The notes below the pieces were generated by a model, which saw nothing but the letters and a program-made list of their open reading frames with translations, was not told the origin of the DNA and made no database searches. 64,000 bases of DNA from Gemmatimonadales bacterium. Lineage in GTDB: Bacteria > Gemmatimonadota > Gemmatimonadetes > Gemmatimonadales > GWC2-71-9. The DNA lies in contig JAWOLH010000026.1 of the NCBI GenBank assembly GCA_033853695.1, positions 20,299 through 84,298 on the forward strand, read 5' to 3'. Shown piece by piece: positions 40,879-47,988 of this stretch. The position numbers and the translations under genes were made by a program. How positions within the stretch are numbered: position 1 is the stretch's first letter; every line of letters starts with the position of its first letter.

Positions 40879-41772
40879 CTATTCCGTCACTCGCGGTTTG
40901 GCCCTCCGCGCCCAGCCGATCGTCACGAGCTCCCGCGCGGCCCGCGACCCGAGTGAATGCACCATCAGATACACACCCAGGATCGTGAGCAGGATAACCG
41001 AGTAGAACCTCCACCAGAGCAGCATCCGCACGCCGTGTGCGGCGAAGTCACCGGCGAAGCCGGACAGAAATGCGACTTCGATCCCGCCACCGCCGGAAGG
41101 CAGCGGGACGACGAGCGGCGAGGCCAGCAGCGCCAGCGCCCCGTAAAACATCTGCCCGAACGGCGGCGCGTGCGGCATCCCCCACGCCAGCGCCGGCAGG
41201 ATGAGGGCGCGGGCGGCGAGACTGACGGCGGTGAGCGCCGCGTTCACGATCTGCACCCAGAGCGGCGCCCGACGCACGTGTGCCCACGCCACACGCCATT
41301 GGCGCCGCACCCGGTGGCGGATGGCGCCGGCTTTTACGAGTCGCTGCGTCAGATAGATGATGAGCAGGACGGCGAGCGCCGCGATTTCGATGACGATCAG
41401 ATCCGCCGCGATGTGACGCCTGAGCCACTGCTCGGCGGCGACCTTCCAGTCCGGGACGTAATGGACCAGCAGGGCGATCAGCATCAGCAGAAACACCGGC
41501 CACTCCCCCGCGACCTCCACGCCCACCGCGACGAGCGCGGTCACCGACCGGATTCCCGCTTCGGTGAGGCCAGCGAACCGCGCCGCCTCGCCGCCGAGCC
41601 GGTTGGGCGTCAGCGTCGACGCGGCCTCACCATACAGGTTGAGCCGGACCGCTGGCCAGAAGGGCAGCGCGCCCCCTGCGGTCCACGCTGCCAGCTGGAT
41701 GCGCCAGGCGCGGACGAGGACGTCGACCGCCAGCGCGCCGAGTGCGAGGAGATGAGGGATCAATCCGAGCAA
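40879..41772 (-). CDS. Polytopic membrane protein, LPG-synthase-TM / flippase-like (UPF0104) family
   Basis: Six to eight hydrophobic helices. The N-terminal pattern ...VRAWRIQLL......L.F..A.R..L.GEAAS.LTPNRLGGEAAR is as I recall for PF03706. TTG start at 41772; a second TTG 9 nt downstream is possible. Confidence 0.5.
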   Translation of the reverse strand: MLGLIPHLLALGALAVDVLVRAWRIQLAAWTAGGALPFWPAVRLNLYGEAASTLTPNRLGGEAARFAGLTEAGIRSVTALVAVGVEVAGEWPVFLLMLIALLVHYVPDWKVAAEQWLRRHIAADLIVIEIAALAVLLIIYLTQRLVKAGAIRHRVRRQWRVAWAHVRRAPLWVQIVNAALTAVSLAARALILPALAWGMPHAPPFGQMFYGALALLASPLVVPLPSGGGGIEVAFLSGFAGDFAAHGVRMLLWWRFYSVILLTILGVYLMVHSLGSRAARELVTIGWARRAKPRVTE

Positions 41773-41870
41773 TCACCGAGCGGGTAGAGGAACCCGCAAT
41801 TGGTGCACGGGTTCTTGCACCCCCACGGGCGCGGCCGCACGACCGCGCCGCACCGCAGGCAGGTCGCCAA
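41760..41870 (-). CDS. Unlisted 36-aa Cys-rich zinc-ribbon-like small ORF
   Basis: TTG at 41870, 4 nt after the MBL stop, gives (M)ATCLRCGAVVRPRPWGCKNPCTNCGFLYPLGDCSD with CxxC...CxxxCxxC. Nearly every codon ends in G or C, as in real genes here. It fills an otherwise empty gap within a coupled operon. See finding. Confidence 0.35.
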   Translation of the reverse strand: MATCLRCGAVVRPRPWGCKNPCTNCGFLYPLGDCSD

Positions 41871-41874
41871 CGGC

Positions 41875-42516
41875 TTAGACGATGGGGAAGGCCCCGGTGA
41901 GGAACGGATTGGCGCGACGCTCGACACCGATCGTGGTGGCTGGTCCATGGCCGGAGTACACGATGGTCGAATCGGGGAGAACGAGCAACTCCCGCTCGAT
42001 GCTCCCAATGAGCGTCTCCAGGTCGCCGCCCGGGAGATCGGTCCGCCCGATGGACCCCTGGAAGAGCACGTCGCCGCTGAACACGACTCCCTCACCGGCG
42101 AGCGACACCGAGCCCGGCGAATGTCCCGGCGTATGCCGCACGTCGAACGTCAGCGTCCCGACCCGGATCGATTGGCCCGGGGTCCAGCTCCGGTCAGGTG
42201 GCGGCAGGCGTGACACCGTTGGGAGCCCAAACGCCGCCGCCTGCTCCGGGACATGGTCGTAGAGTGGGCGATCGGCGGGGTGCAGATAGATCGGGGCCCC
42301 CGTCTCGGCGCGGATCTGCGACACCCCGAGGACGTGGTCGAGGTGCGCGTGGGTGATCCAGATGGCGACTGGCTTCGCGCCGGCCTGCTCGACCTGGTGC
42401 AGAATCAGGCCGGCCTCCTCTCCCGGATCGACGACGGCGCATTCCCCGGCGGCCTCGTCCAACACGAGATAGCAGTTCTCCGCAAACGACCCGTTCGGAA
42501 TCTGGACGATCTTCAT
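41875..42516 (-). CDS. MBL-fold metallo-hydrolase (glyoxalase II / YcbL-like)
   Basis: THAHLDHV metal motif, HTPGHSPGS, GDVLF.GSIGRTDLPGG, and SGHGP.TTIG.E. ATGA overlap with the trxB stop. Confidence 0.85.
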   Translation of the reverse strand: MKIVQIPNGSFAENCYLVLDEAAGECAVVDPGEEAGLILHQVEQAGAKPVAIWITHAHLDHVLGVSQIRAETGAPIYLHPADRPLYDHVPEQAAAFGLPTVSRLPPPDRSWTPGQSIRVGTLTFDVRHTPGHSPGSVSLAGEGVVFSGDVLFQGSIGRTDLPGGDLETLIGSIERELLVLPDSTIVYSGHGPATTIGVERRANPFLTGAFPIV

Positions 42517-43496
42517 GAGACCGCCGCGTGCTTCGCCGGCGCGAGCTCGCCTTTTGCCCGCAACCCGGCGAGATACTTCTCGACCGCGATCGCGGCCGTC
42601 GTCGCGTCGCCCACCGCCGTCGTGATCTGCCGCGTCACCTGGCTGCGCACGTCCCCGGCGGCGAAGAGACCGGGAATCGACGTCATCATCTTCTCATCGG
42701 TGACGAAGTAGCCCCCCTCATCGTGACGGTAGTGCCCCGCGACGAGACCGGCGTTGGGGCGAAACCCGATGAACACGAAGACGCCGCCGACCGAGAGCCG
42801 ACTCTTCTCGCCCGTGACCGTGTCCTCGAGCTCCAGATGCGTGGTGCCCTTCTCGCTGCCGCCGATCTCGAGCACGCGCTTGTTCCAGATGAATTCGATC
42901 TTGGGATTCGCGAACGCCCGCTCCTGGAGGATCTTGGATGCGCGTAGCGTATCGCGGCGGTGCACGATGTACACCTTCTGCGCGTAGCGCGTGAGATAAT
43001 CCGCCTCTTCCACGGCGGCGTCGCCCCCGCCCACTACCGCCAGCACCTCTCCTTTGAAGAACGCCCCGTCACACACCGCGCAATACGACACGCCCTTCCC
43101 CGCGTATTCCCGCTCCCCCGGGACGCCGAGCTTCACGGGGGTACCGCCCGCCGTCAGGATCACGGCCGGGGCGCGATAGGTCCGCCCGCGCGCGGTGCTG
43201 ATGTCGAACCACCCATCCTCGGCTTTGCGGATCTTCTCAACCGTGTCGGTGACGATCTCGGCGCCGAACTTCAGGGCGTGCGCGTGGAACTTCTGGGCGA
43301 GCTCCCACCCCTTGATGCTTTCGTACCCGATATAGTCCTCGACCAGATCGGTGTTCAGGAGCTCCCCGCCCGGTGCGCCGCGCTCGATGGTGAGCGCGTG
43401 GATCATGCCGCGCCCGGCGTACATCGCCGCGCACATCCCCGCGGGGCCCGCCCCCACGATGATGAGGTCGTAGCTCGACTGTTTCGTCTCAGCCAT
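42513..43496 (-). CDS. trxB: Thioredoxin-disulfide reductase
   Basis: YDLIIVGAGPAGM.AA.YA.R, redox-active CAVCDG, and the second dinucleotide site VVGGGDAAVEEA.YLT. ATG 43496 is chosen; the track start at 43643 is an extension. Confidence 0.9.
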   Translation of the reverse strand: MAETKQSSYDLIIVGAGPAGMCAAMYAGRGMIHALTIERGAPGGELLNTDLVEDYIGYESIKGWELAQKFHAHALKFGAEIVTDTVEKIRKAEDGWFDISTARGRTYRAPAVILTAGGTPVKLGVPGEREYAGKGVSYCAVCDGAFFKGEVLAVVGGGDAAVEEADYLTRYAQKVYIVHRRDTLRASKILQERAFANPKIEFIWNKRVLEIGGSEKGTTHLELEDTVTGEKSRLSVGGVFVFIGFRPNAGLVAGHYRHDEGGYFVTDEKMMTSIPGLFAAGDVRSQVTRQITTAVGDATTAAIAVEKYLAGLRAKGELAPAKHAAVS

Positions 43497-43842
43497 CGGT
43501 TCGCACTTCCAGCTGCGGGGGATCCGCCTCCCCCGCCAAGGCCCGCGACAGGCGGTCGCGGAAACGCACCGTCTCGATCTCCACCGCGGGATGTTGGGCA
43601 CCGGCGAGCTTCTCAAGCGCCGCGGCTCCGACCACGACGACACCGTGGCGATTGCCCCGGTCTCGATGCAGCAGCGCTGCCGCGGCTTGAATCAACCCCT
43701 GCCACACCCGCCGCTCACTCTCGTCAATTATAGAACGCCAGACGGTTTCCAGCGCTTCATGGGCAAGCCAGTACTCGCCCGCGTTGAACAGTTGAACGGC
43801 ATGTGCGACCTGCCGCCGGCGGGCAGCCGCGCTGTCAGCCAT
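43489..43842 (-). CDS. DUF309 domain protein
   Basis: AVQLFNAGEYWLAHEALETVW......ERRVWQGLIQAAAALLH...GN..G is the DUF309 hallmark (FN.g.yw.aHE.lE..W....GLIQ.A). Function unknown. Confidence 0.7.
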   Translation of the reverse strand: MADSAAARRRQVAHAVQLFNAGEYWLAHEALETVWRSIIDESERRVWQGLIQAAAALLHRDRGNRHGVVVVGAAALEKLAGAQHPAVEIETVRFRDRLSRALAGEADPPQLEVRTDG

Positions 43843-43848
43843 CAGCCT

Positions 43849-44631
43849 TCACCCGTCGGCACTGGCAGCTGACGGCTCGGCGCCGATTCGCAAGAGATTG
43901 ACCGCCCCGTGACAGGTGCTGACGGTGGCGACCAGCACGAGCCCCCCTTCGGGTCGACGGGCTGTCTCCGCCACGATGCGCTCGCCGTCGAGCACGGTGT
44001 CGACGGTGAATGTCCCCACGCCGAACACGTGATGCCGGCACACGAACAGCGCGGGCCCGGCCACGGGCTCGCCCGCCCCGCGCATCCGCTCGGCGAGGCC
44101 GCGCACGGCCTCCGGCATCTCCCAGGTGCGGCGAGCGCCGATCGCCGGGCAGATCGTCGGCTCGATGCAGTGCGTCGGACACACCCAGTCGGCGAACGAG
44201 ACGTAGCGCGTTCGATCGGGGGCCGTCCGGTCGTACGGGGTGTCGAGATTCCCGGGCACCGGAATGACCTCGAGGACACGGCGGGGGAACCGGGCCTGGG
44301 TACGGCGCACCACCCATTCGAACATCAGATGCGACATGTGCGGCGACGGAACGACATGATCGCGGGCGCCGGCGCTCGAGCCGGGACTCGCGGTGAAGAA
44401 GAAGTGATCGAAAAAAGCGTCCCACTCGCTGGTGACGAACCTCCGGTCCGGCGCGTCCGCCAGCTCGCGCCGGGCGCGGCAGTCCGGGTCGCGATCCACC
44501 ACGATCACCGACCGGTACTCGGTCTTGCCGCGCGCTTTGGCCTTCGCGAGCTGCGTGGCGTAGAACGTCCCGTAGCACCCGCCACCCACTACCACGACAT
44601 CTCGCATCCGGGCGACCGCGGGCTCGCTCAT
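43849..44631 (-). CDS. Rossmann-type dinucleotide-binding protein of unknown function with a conserved-looking Cys cluster
   Basis: ATG 44631 (ATGA overlap with the upstream SDR). DVVVVGGGCYGTFYATQL is a GxGxxG motif. The central WVCPTHCIEPTICPAIG contains three Cys, with a further C....H and C.H downstream. I do not recognise a family. Confidence 0.55.
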   Translation of the reverse strand: MSEPAVARMRDVVVVGGGCYGTFYATQLAKAKARGKTEYRSVIVVDRDPDCRARRELADAPDRRFVTSEWDAFFDHFFFTASPGSSAGARDHVVPSPHMSHLMFEWVVRRTQARFPRRVLEVIPVPGNLDTPYDRTAPDRTRYVSFADWVCPTHCIEPTICPAIGARRTWEMPEAVRGLAERMRGAGEPVAGPALFVCRHHVFGVGTFTVDTVLDGERIVAETARRPEGGLVLVATVSTCHGAVNLLRIGAEPSAASADG

Positions 44632-45356
44632 CGGATCAACCGGCCACCATCGACGGGCAACACGACCCCGGTGACGTAGTCGTTCTCGAGGAGATAGCGA
44701 ACGGCCGCCACGACGTCCTCGGGTGCACCGAGCCGTTTGAGTGGCGTGGTGGCGACGAGATGCTCGCGGGCGCTGGCCGGCCAGTCCTCGGGAGGGAGAA
44801 TCGCGCCCGGCGCGATGGCGTTGACCGTGACCTCGGGTGCGAGCACGCGCGCGAGCCCGTGCGTCAGCATCACCACTCCCGCCTTCGAGATGTTGAGCGG
44901 GAGATATGCGGGCCAGACTTCGAACGCCGCCAGATCGGCGATGTTGACGATCTTGCCGCGACGCGACCGGAGGTGCGGAGCGGCGCCCTGGGAGACGAAG
45001 AACGCGGCGGACAGATTGAGGGCCAGGGTATCGTGCCATTCGGCGGCGCTGATTCCCTCAAACTCGGCATGCGCGATCACCGCTGCGGAGTTGATCACGA
45101 TATCGAGCCGGCCGAACGTCTGGACGACCCGGTCCGGCAGCGCCCTGGCGACCGCGGCGTCGCGAAGGTCACCGGGGAATCGCTCCGCCCGTCGTCCGGC
45201 GGCTCGCGTGGCCCCGAGCGTCGCCTCCGCCCCATCGACGGATGCATTGTGGTGCACCGCAATGTCGCACCCGGCTCGCGCCAGCCCGATCGCGATCGCC
45301 GCCCCCAGACGGCGCCCCGCTCCCGTCACCAGGGCGACCCGGCCGGCGAGATCCAC
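44628..45356 (-). CDS. SDR-family oxidoreductase, pteridine-reductase/FolM-like
   Basis: ALVTGAGRRLGAAIA (TGxxRRxG as in PTR1/FolM), NIAD in place of the usual NISS, LAPEVTVNAIAPGAILP, and a C-terminal VTGVVLPVDGGRLIR. GTG 45356 lies 5 nt after the upstream stop. Confidence 0.75.
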   Translation of the reverse strand: MDLAGRVALVTGAGRRLGAAIAIGLARAGCDIAVHHNASVDGAEATLGATRAAGRRAERFPGDLRDAAVARALPDRVVQTFGRLDIVINSAAVIAHAEFEGISAAEWHDTLALNLSAAFFVSQGAAPHLRSRRGKIVNIADLAAFEVWPAYLPLNISKAGVVMLTHGLARVLAPEVTVNAIAPGAILPPEDWPASAREHLVATTPLKRLGAPEDVVAAVRYLLENDYVTGVVLPVDGGRLIR

Positions 45357-45361
45357 CGTTC

Positions 45362-46090
45362 TCAGTCCGGTGCTGCGAGCAGCGGCAGCACGTGCCCGGT
45401 CACCGTGGCGGCGGCGTCGGACGCGAGCCACAGCACCGTCCGCACCAGGTCCGCCAACTCGACGAAGCGCGCCCCGGAGCCCATGTCGCGCTCGTTGGCC
45501 GCCGTGCGAACCGCTTCGGGTGCAATCGCGTTGACCCGGATCCTGTCATCCCCAAATTCGCGCGCGAGGGCGCGCGTCAGCGCCGCGACGCCTCCCTTGG
45601 CCGCGGCGTAGGCGGCCAGGCTCGGCTGCGGCTGTCGCACGGCGATGGACGCGAAGTTCACGATCGCGCCGCCGCCGCGGCGCCTGAGCGCCGGAATGGC
45701 CGCCTGGCTCATGGCGAACACCGTCCGCAGGTTGCTCGCGAGCTCACGGTCGAGCGCGGCGACATCGCTCTCCAGAAATGGCCCGTAGCTCGTGAGACCA
45801 CCGGCCGCGTTGATGAGGAGGTCGAGGCCGCCGAACCGCTGCTCCGCGGTGGCGACCGCCCCGCGGGCGGCCGCCGGATCCCCCAGGTTGCCGGCCGCCA
45901 GTGCCGCCGCAATCCCGCGCGCTTCGAGCTCCTGCACCCGCGCCTCGAGCGCATCCCGCCGGCGCGCCGCCACCACAACCTTCGCCCCGGCCTCCCCCAG
46001 CGCCGCGGCGAGCGCGGCGCCGATCTGCCCCGCCTGCCCCACGCCGCTCACGAGCGCCACCTTGCCGGCGAACGAGGCGGCCGGACTCAC
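45362..46090 (-). CDS. SDR-family oxidoreductase (FabG-like)
   Basis: GKVALVSGVGQAGQIGAA, NAAG, the S...YAAAKGG catalytic pattern, and IRVNAIAPE. GTG start forms a GTGA overlap with the peroxiredoxin stop. Confidence 0.8.
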   Translation of the reverse strand: MSPAASFAGKVALVSGVGQAGQIGAALAAALGEAGAKVVVAARRRDALEARVQELEARGIAAALAAGNLGDPAAARGAVATAEQRFGGLDLLINAAGGLTSYGPFLESDVAALDRELASNLRTVFAMSQAAIPALRRRGGGAIVNFASIAVRQPQPSLAAYAAAKGGVAALTRALAREFGDDRIRVNAIAPEAVRTAANERDMGSGARFVELADLVRTVLWLASDAAATVTGHVLPLLAAPD

Positions 46091-46536
46091 GCACCCTCAC
46101 CAGCCGCAGCGACGATGTCGTCGACGGCGGGCGCTCCACGCTGGCCGAACCGCACCGTCCCGTCTTTCCCGACGACGTACACCGTCCGGGCGATGCCGCG
46201 GTCGTCCTCCTTCAACGCGTGATACGCCCGCGCGATCGCGCGGTCGGGATCGGAGAGCAGCGGGAAGTTGAAGTGCATCTTGTCGACGTACTTCTTGTGG
46301 GCGTCGACGGTCGCGGGATTCACCCCGAAAGGTTGAATCCCGGCTCGCTCGAACTTCTTCATCTCATCGCGCACGGCGGAGAGTTGGCGGTTTCACCCGG
46401 GTGTGTTGTTCCCCGGGTAAAACACCAGGGCAACGGATCCGCGCCGCAGCAGGTCGGCCAGGCGGTAAGTCTTCCCATCCGACGCTGGAGCCTCGAACGC
46501 CGGAGCCAGTGTCCCGATCGCGAGTGGTTCGCTCAT
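46087..46536 (-). CDS. bcp: Bcp/PrxQ-type peroxiredoxin with in-frame TGA (46395..46393) at the peroxidatic Cys position; candidate selenoprotein, alternatively a pseudogene
   Basis: ATG 46536 with a [15 protein letters not shown]. The frame reads MSEPLAIGTLAPAFEAPASDGKTYRLADLLRRGSVALVFYPGNNTPG-TGA-NRQLSAVRDEMKKFERAGIQPFGVNPATVDAHKKYVDKMHFNFPLLSDPDRAIARAYHAL...TVYVVGKDGTVRF as a single frame of 149 codons. The track reports only the 3' 95 aa. Confidence 0.6.
46362..46382 (-). promoter_or_regulatory. Candidate bacterial SECIS-like hairpin downstream of the in-frame UGA
   Basis: The mRNA reads UCUC-CGC-[CGUGC]-GCG-AU-GAGA: 4+3 bp with a 2-nt bulge and a GU in the apical loop about 19-20 nt after the UGA. 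The stem is short and was hand-folded only. Confidence 0.3.
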
Positions 46537-46573
46537 TTACGCCTTTCTCCTTCCGTAGCCCCACCCTACGCGG

Positions 46574-47503
46574 TTATCCAACCGCCTTAGCCTTACGCGC
46601 CTCCAACTCCGCCAACCACTCCAGTGGCACGTCCAGTCCTCCGAGCGGCGCGTGGGCCCCCCCGGTCTCGCCGTCGCCGTGCCAATCGGATCCTCCCGAG
46701 ACGGCGAGGTCGAGCCGGCGCGCCAGTCTGGCGAGGCGCTTCTCGACCTGCGGAGAATGACTGGGATGCCGGATTTCGATGCCGTCAAGACCGTCGGCCA
46801 TGAAGGCCCTCACCTGAGCTTCCTTCCCACGCTCGCCGAGATGCGCGGCCAGAACGAGGCCGCCGCGCGCGTGCACGAGGTCCGCCACCTCGCGCAACGC
46901 GGGCAGGATCTTGGCCACGAACGCGGGACGGCCGTAGCCGAGGAACCGGTCGAACGCCTGCTCGAAGTCGTCGACCACCCCGGCGTCGATCAGAGCGCGT
47001 GCGACGTGCGGCCGGCCTAGCGCGCCCCCCGCGGCGGCGGCCTGGTAGGCGAGATCCTCCAGATCGATTTCGATACCCAGCTGCTGCAGCTTCTTCACCA
47101 TTTGGGCGCCGCGCTGCTCCCGCATTTCGCGGGCTCGGGTGAGAAACGCCTCGAGAGTAGGATCGCCCACCGGCAGGAAATAGGCGAGGAGATGTAGCTC
47201 TCCCCAGGGGGCCTGCACGCTGAACTCGCACCCCGCAACGACGCGCACGCCCGTCGCATCACCCGCCCCGCGCGCGGCAGGGACGCCCGCCAGCGTGTCA
47301 TGATCGGTGAGCGCAATGGCGGAGAGGCCGACCTCTTTGGCGCGCTGCACCACCGCGTCGGGACTCGCCCGGCCGTCCGACGCAGTGGAGTGACAGTGCA
47401 GATCAACGCGCGCCGTAGGCGCCTTCCGGGGCGGTCCAGGCCGGCTGCGACTGATGGAACAGCTCCAGCAGCTCGCGATCCGACAAATCCCGGAGCGCGG
47501 CAT
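46574..47503 (-). CDS. PHP-domain phosphoesterase (TrpH/YciV family)
   Basis: VDLHCHSTASDG......V..A...G..AIALTDHDT..G, GCE, the GRPH..A pattern, and a C-terminal GGSDWHG. The start is unresolved: the conserved part begins at about 47407, but the nearest canonical starts are ATG 47503 and GTG 47518. Confidence 0.8.
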   Translation of the reverse strand: MPRSGICRIASCWSCSISRSRPGPPRKAPTARVDLHCHSTASDGRASPDAVVQRAKEVGLSAIALTDHDTLAGVPAARGAGDATGVRVVAGCEFSVQAPWGELHLLAYFLPVGDPTLEAFLTRAREMREQRGAQMVKKLQQLGIEIDLEDLAYQAAAAGGALGRPHVARALIDAGVVDDFEQAFDRFLGYGRPAFVAKILPALREVADLVHARGGLVLAAHLGERGKEAQVRAFMADGLDGIEIRHPSHSPQVEKRLARLARRLDLAVSGGSDWHGDGETGGAHAPLGGLDVPLEWLAELEARKAKAVG

Positions 47504-47672
47504 CGGGGCGGCGCGCACCGAGCGGCGTGTACCGCGTGAACCGGCGCTTGCGCTCGGGGCCGGTCCCGAGCTGGAACATCAGACCGTACTGGTCCTGACC
47601 ATAGACCGTCGACCGGCCCGATGGATACACTGACCACTCCTGCCCCTCCACCATGAGCGCGCGCGCCGGCAT
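47403..47672 (-). CDS. Hypothetical 89-aa protein
   Basis: ATG 47672 forms an ATGA overlap with the upstream stop. MPARALMVEGQEWSVYPSGRSTVYGQDQYGLMFQLGTGPERKRRFTRYTPLGARRPDAALRDLSDRELLELFHQSQPAWTAPE has a balanced, protein-like composition, unlike the Arg/Ala/Pro-rich off-frame ORFs here. Confidence 0.55.
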   Translation of the reverse strand: MPARALMVEGQEWSVYPSGRSTVYGQDQYGLMFQLGTGPERKRRFTRYTPLGARRPDAALRDLSDRELLELFHQSQPAWTAPEGAYGAR

Positions 47673-47986
47673 CAGGCCTCCGCCTCGGCGGCGAGCGACA
47701 CCTCGCTCCACAGCTCCCAGGCGTCGGGGGCGTATGTCACGAGGCCCTGCAGCTTCTTCTCGAGCTTCGTCTCTTCGGGAAGCCGCGACGCCTGCGCGCG
47801 ATGCGACATCTCGGTCTGGCTTTCGGAAAACTCGATGAAGAGCCGTGGATCCTTCGAGTTGCGGAACACCCAGATCCGCTGTCCGCGCGCCTCGGCGAAT
47901 TGCGCCAGCTCCCGCAGGGTGGCGAGGTAATCCAGCTCATTCGCGGCCGGGACGCGCACGCGCGCCGCCGTCAGGACCTTCGGCAT
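47672..47986 (-). CDS. Hypothetical 104-aa protein, possibly a ferredoxin-like alpha+beta barrel (ABM/Dabb-like)
   Basis: ATG 47986 lies 2 nt after the E2 stop. MPKVLTAARVRVPAANELDYLATLRELAQFAEARGQRIWVFRNSKDPRLFIEFSESQTEM... The fold guess is from the beta-alpha-beta pattern only. Confidence 0.55.
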   Translation of the reverse strand: MPKVLTAARVRVPAANELDYLATLRELAQFAEARGQRIWVFRNSKDPRLFIEFSESQTEMSHRAQASRLPEETKLEKKLQGLVTYAPDAWELWSEVSLAAEAEA

Positions 47987-47988
47987 CG

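Noticed and set aside
46315-46341. A strong hairpin (gggattca-acc-tttcg-ggt-gaatccc, 8+2 bp) inside the peroxiredoxin gene, considered as the SECIS element.
   Set aside because: Its apical loop is about 63 nt after the UGA. That is outside the roughly 16-37 nt range reported for bacterial SECIS elements. It is kept only as a fallback. The nearer, weaker hairpin is listed instead.
46393-46395. Genome-wide TGA reassignment (for example TGA coding Gly or Trp) as the explanation for the in-frame TGA.
   Set aside because: TGA clearly terminates many well-defined genes in this window (tsaE, bamD, trxB, E1alpha, nagZ and others).
47399-47408. A programmed +1 or -1 frameshift fusing the 89-aa ORF to the PHP domain.
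   Set aside because: No slippery heptamer or RF2-like CUU-UGA context is present (the sequence is GCG CGT TGA TCT). No fused architecture is known to me. CTG initiation or a long overlap are simpler explanations.
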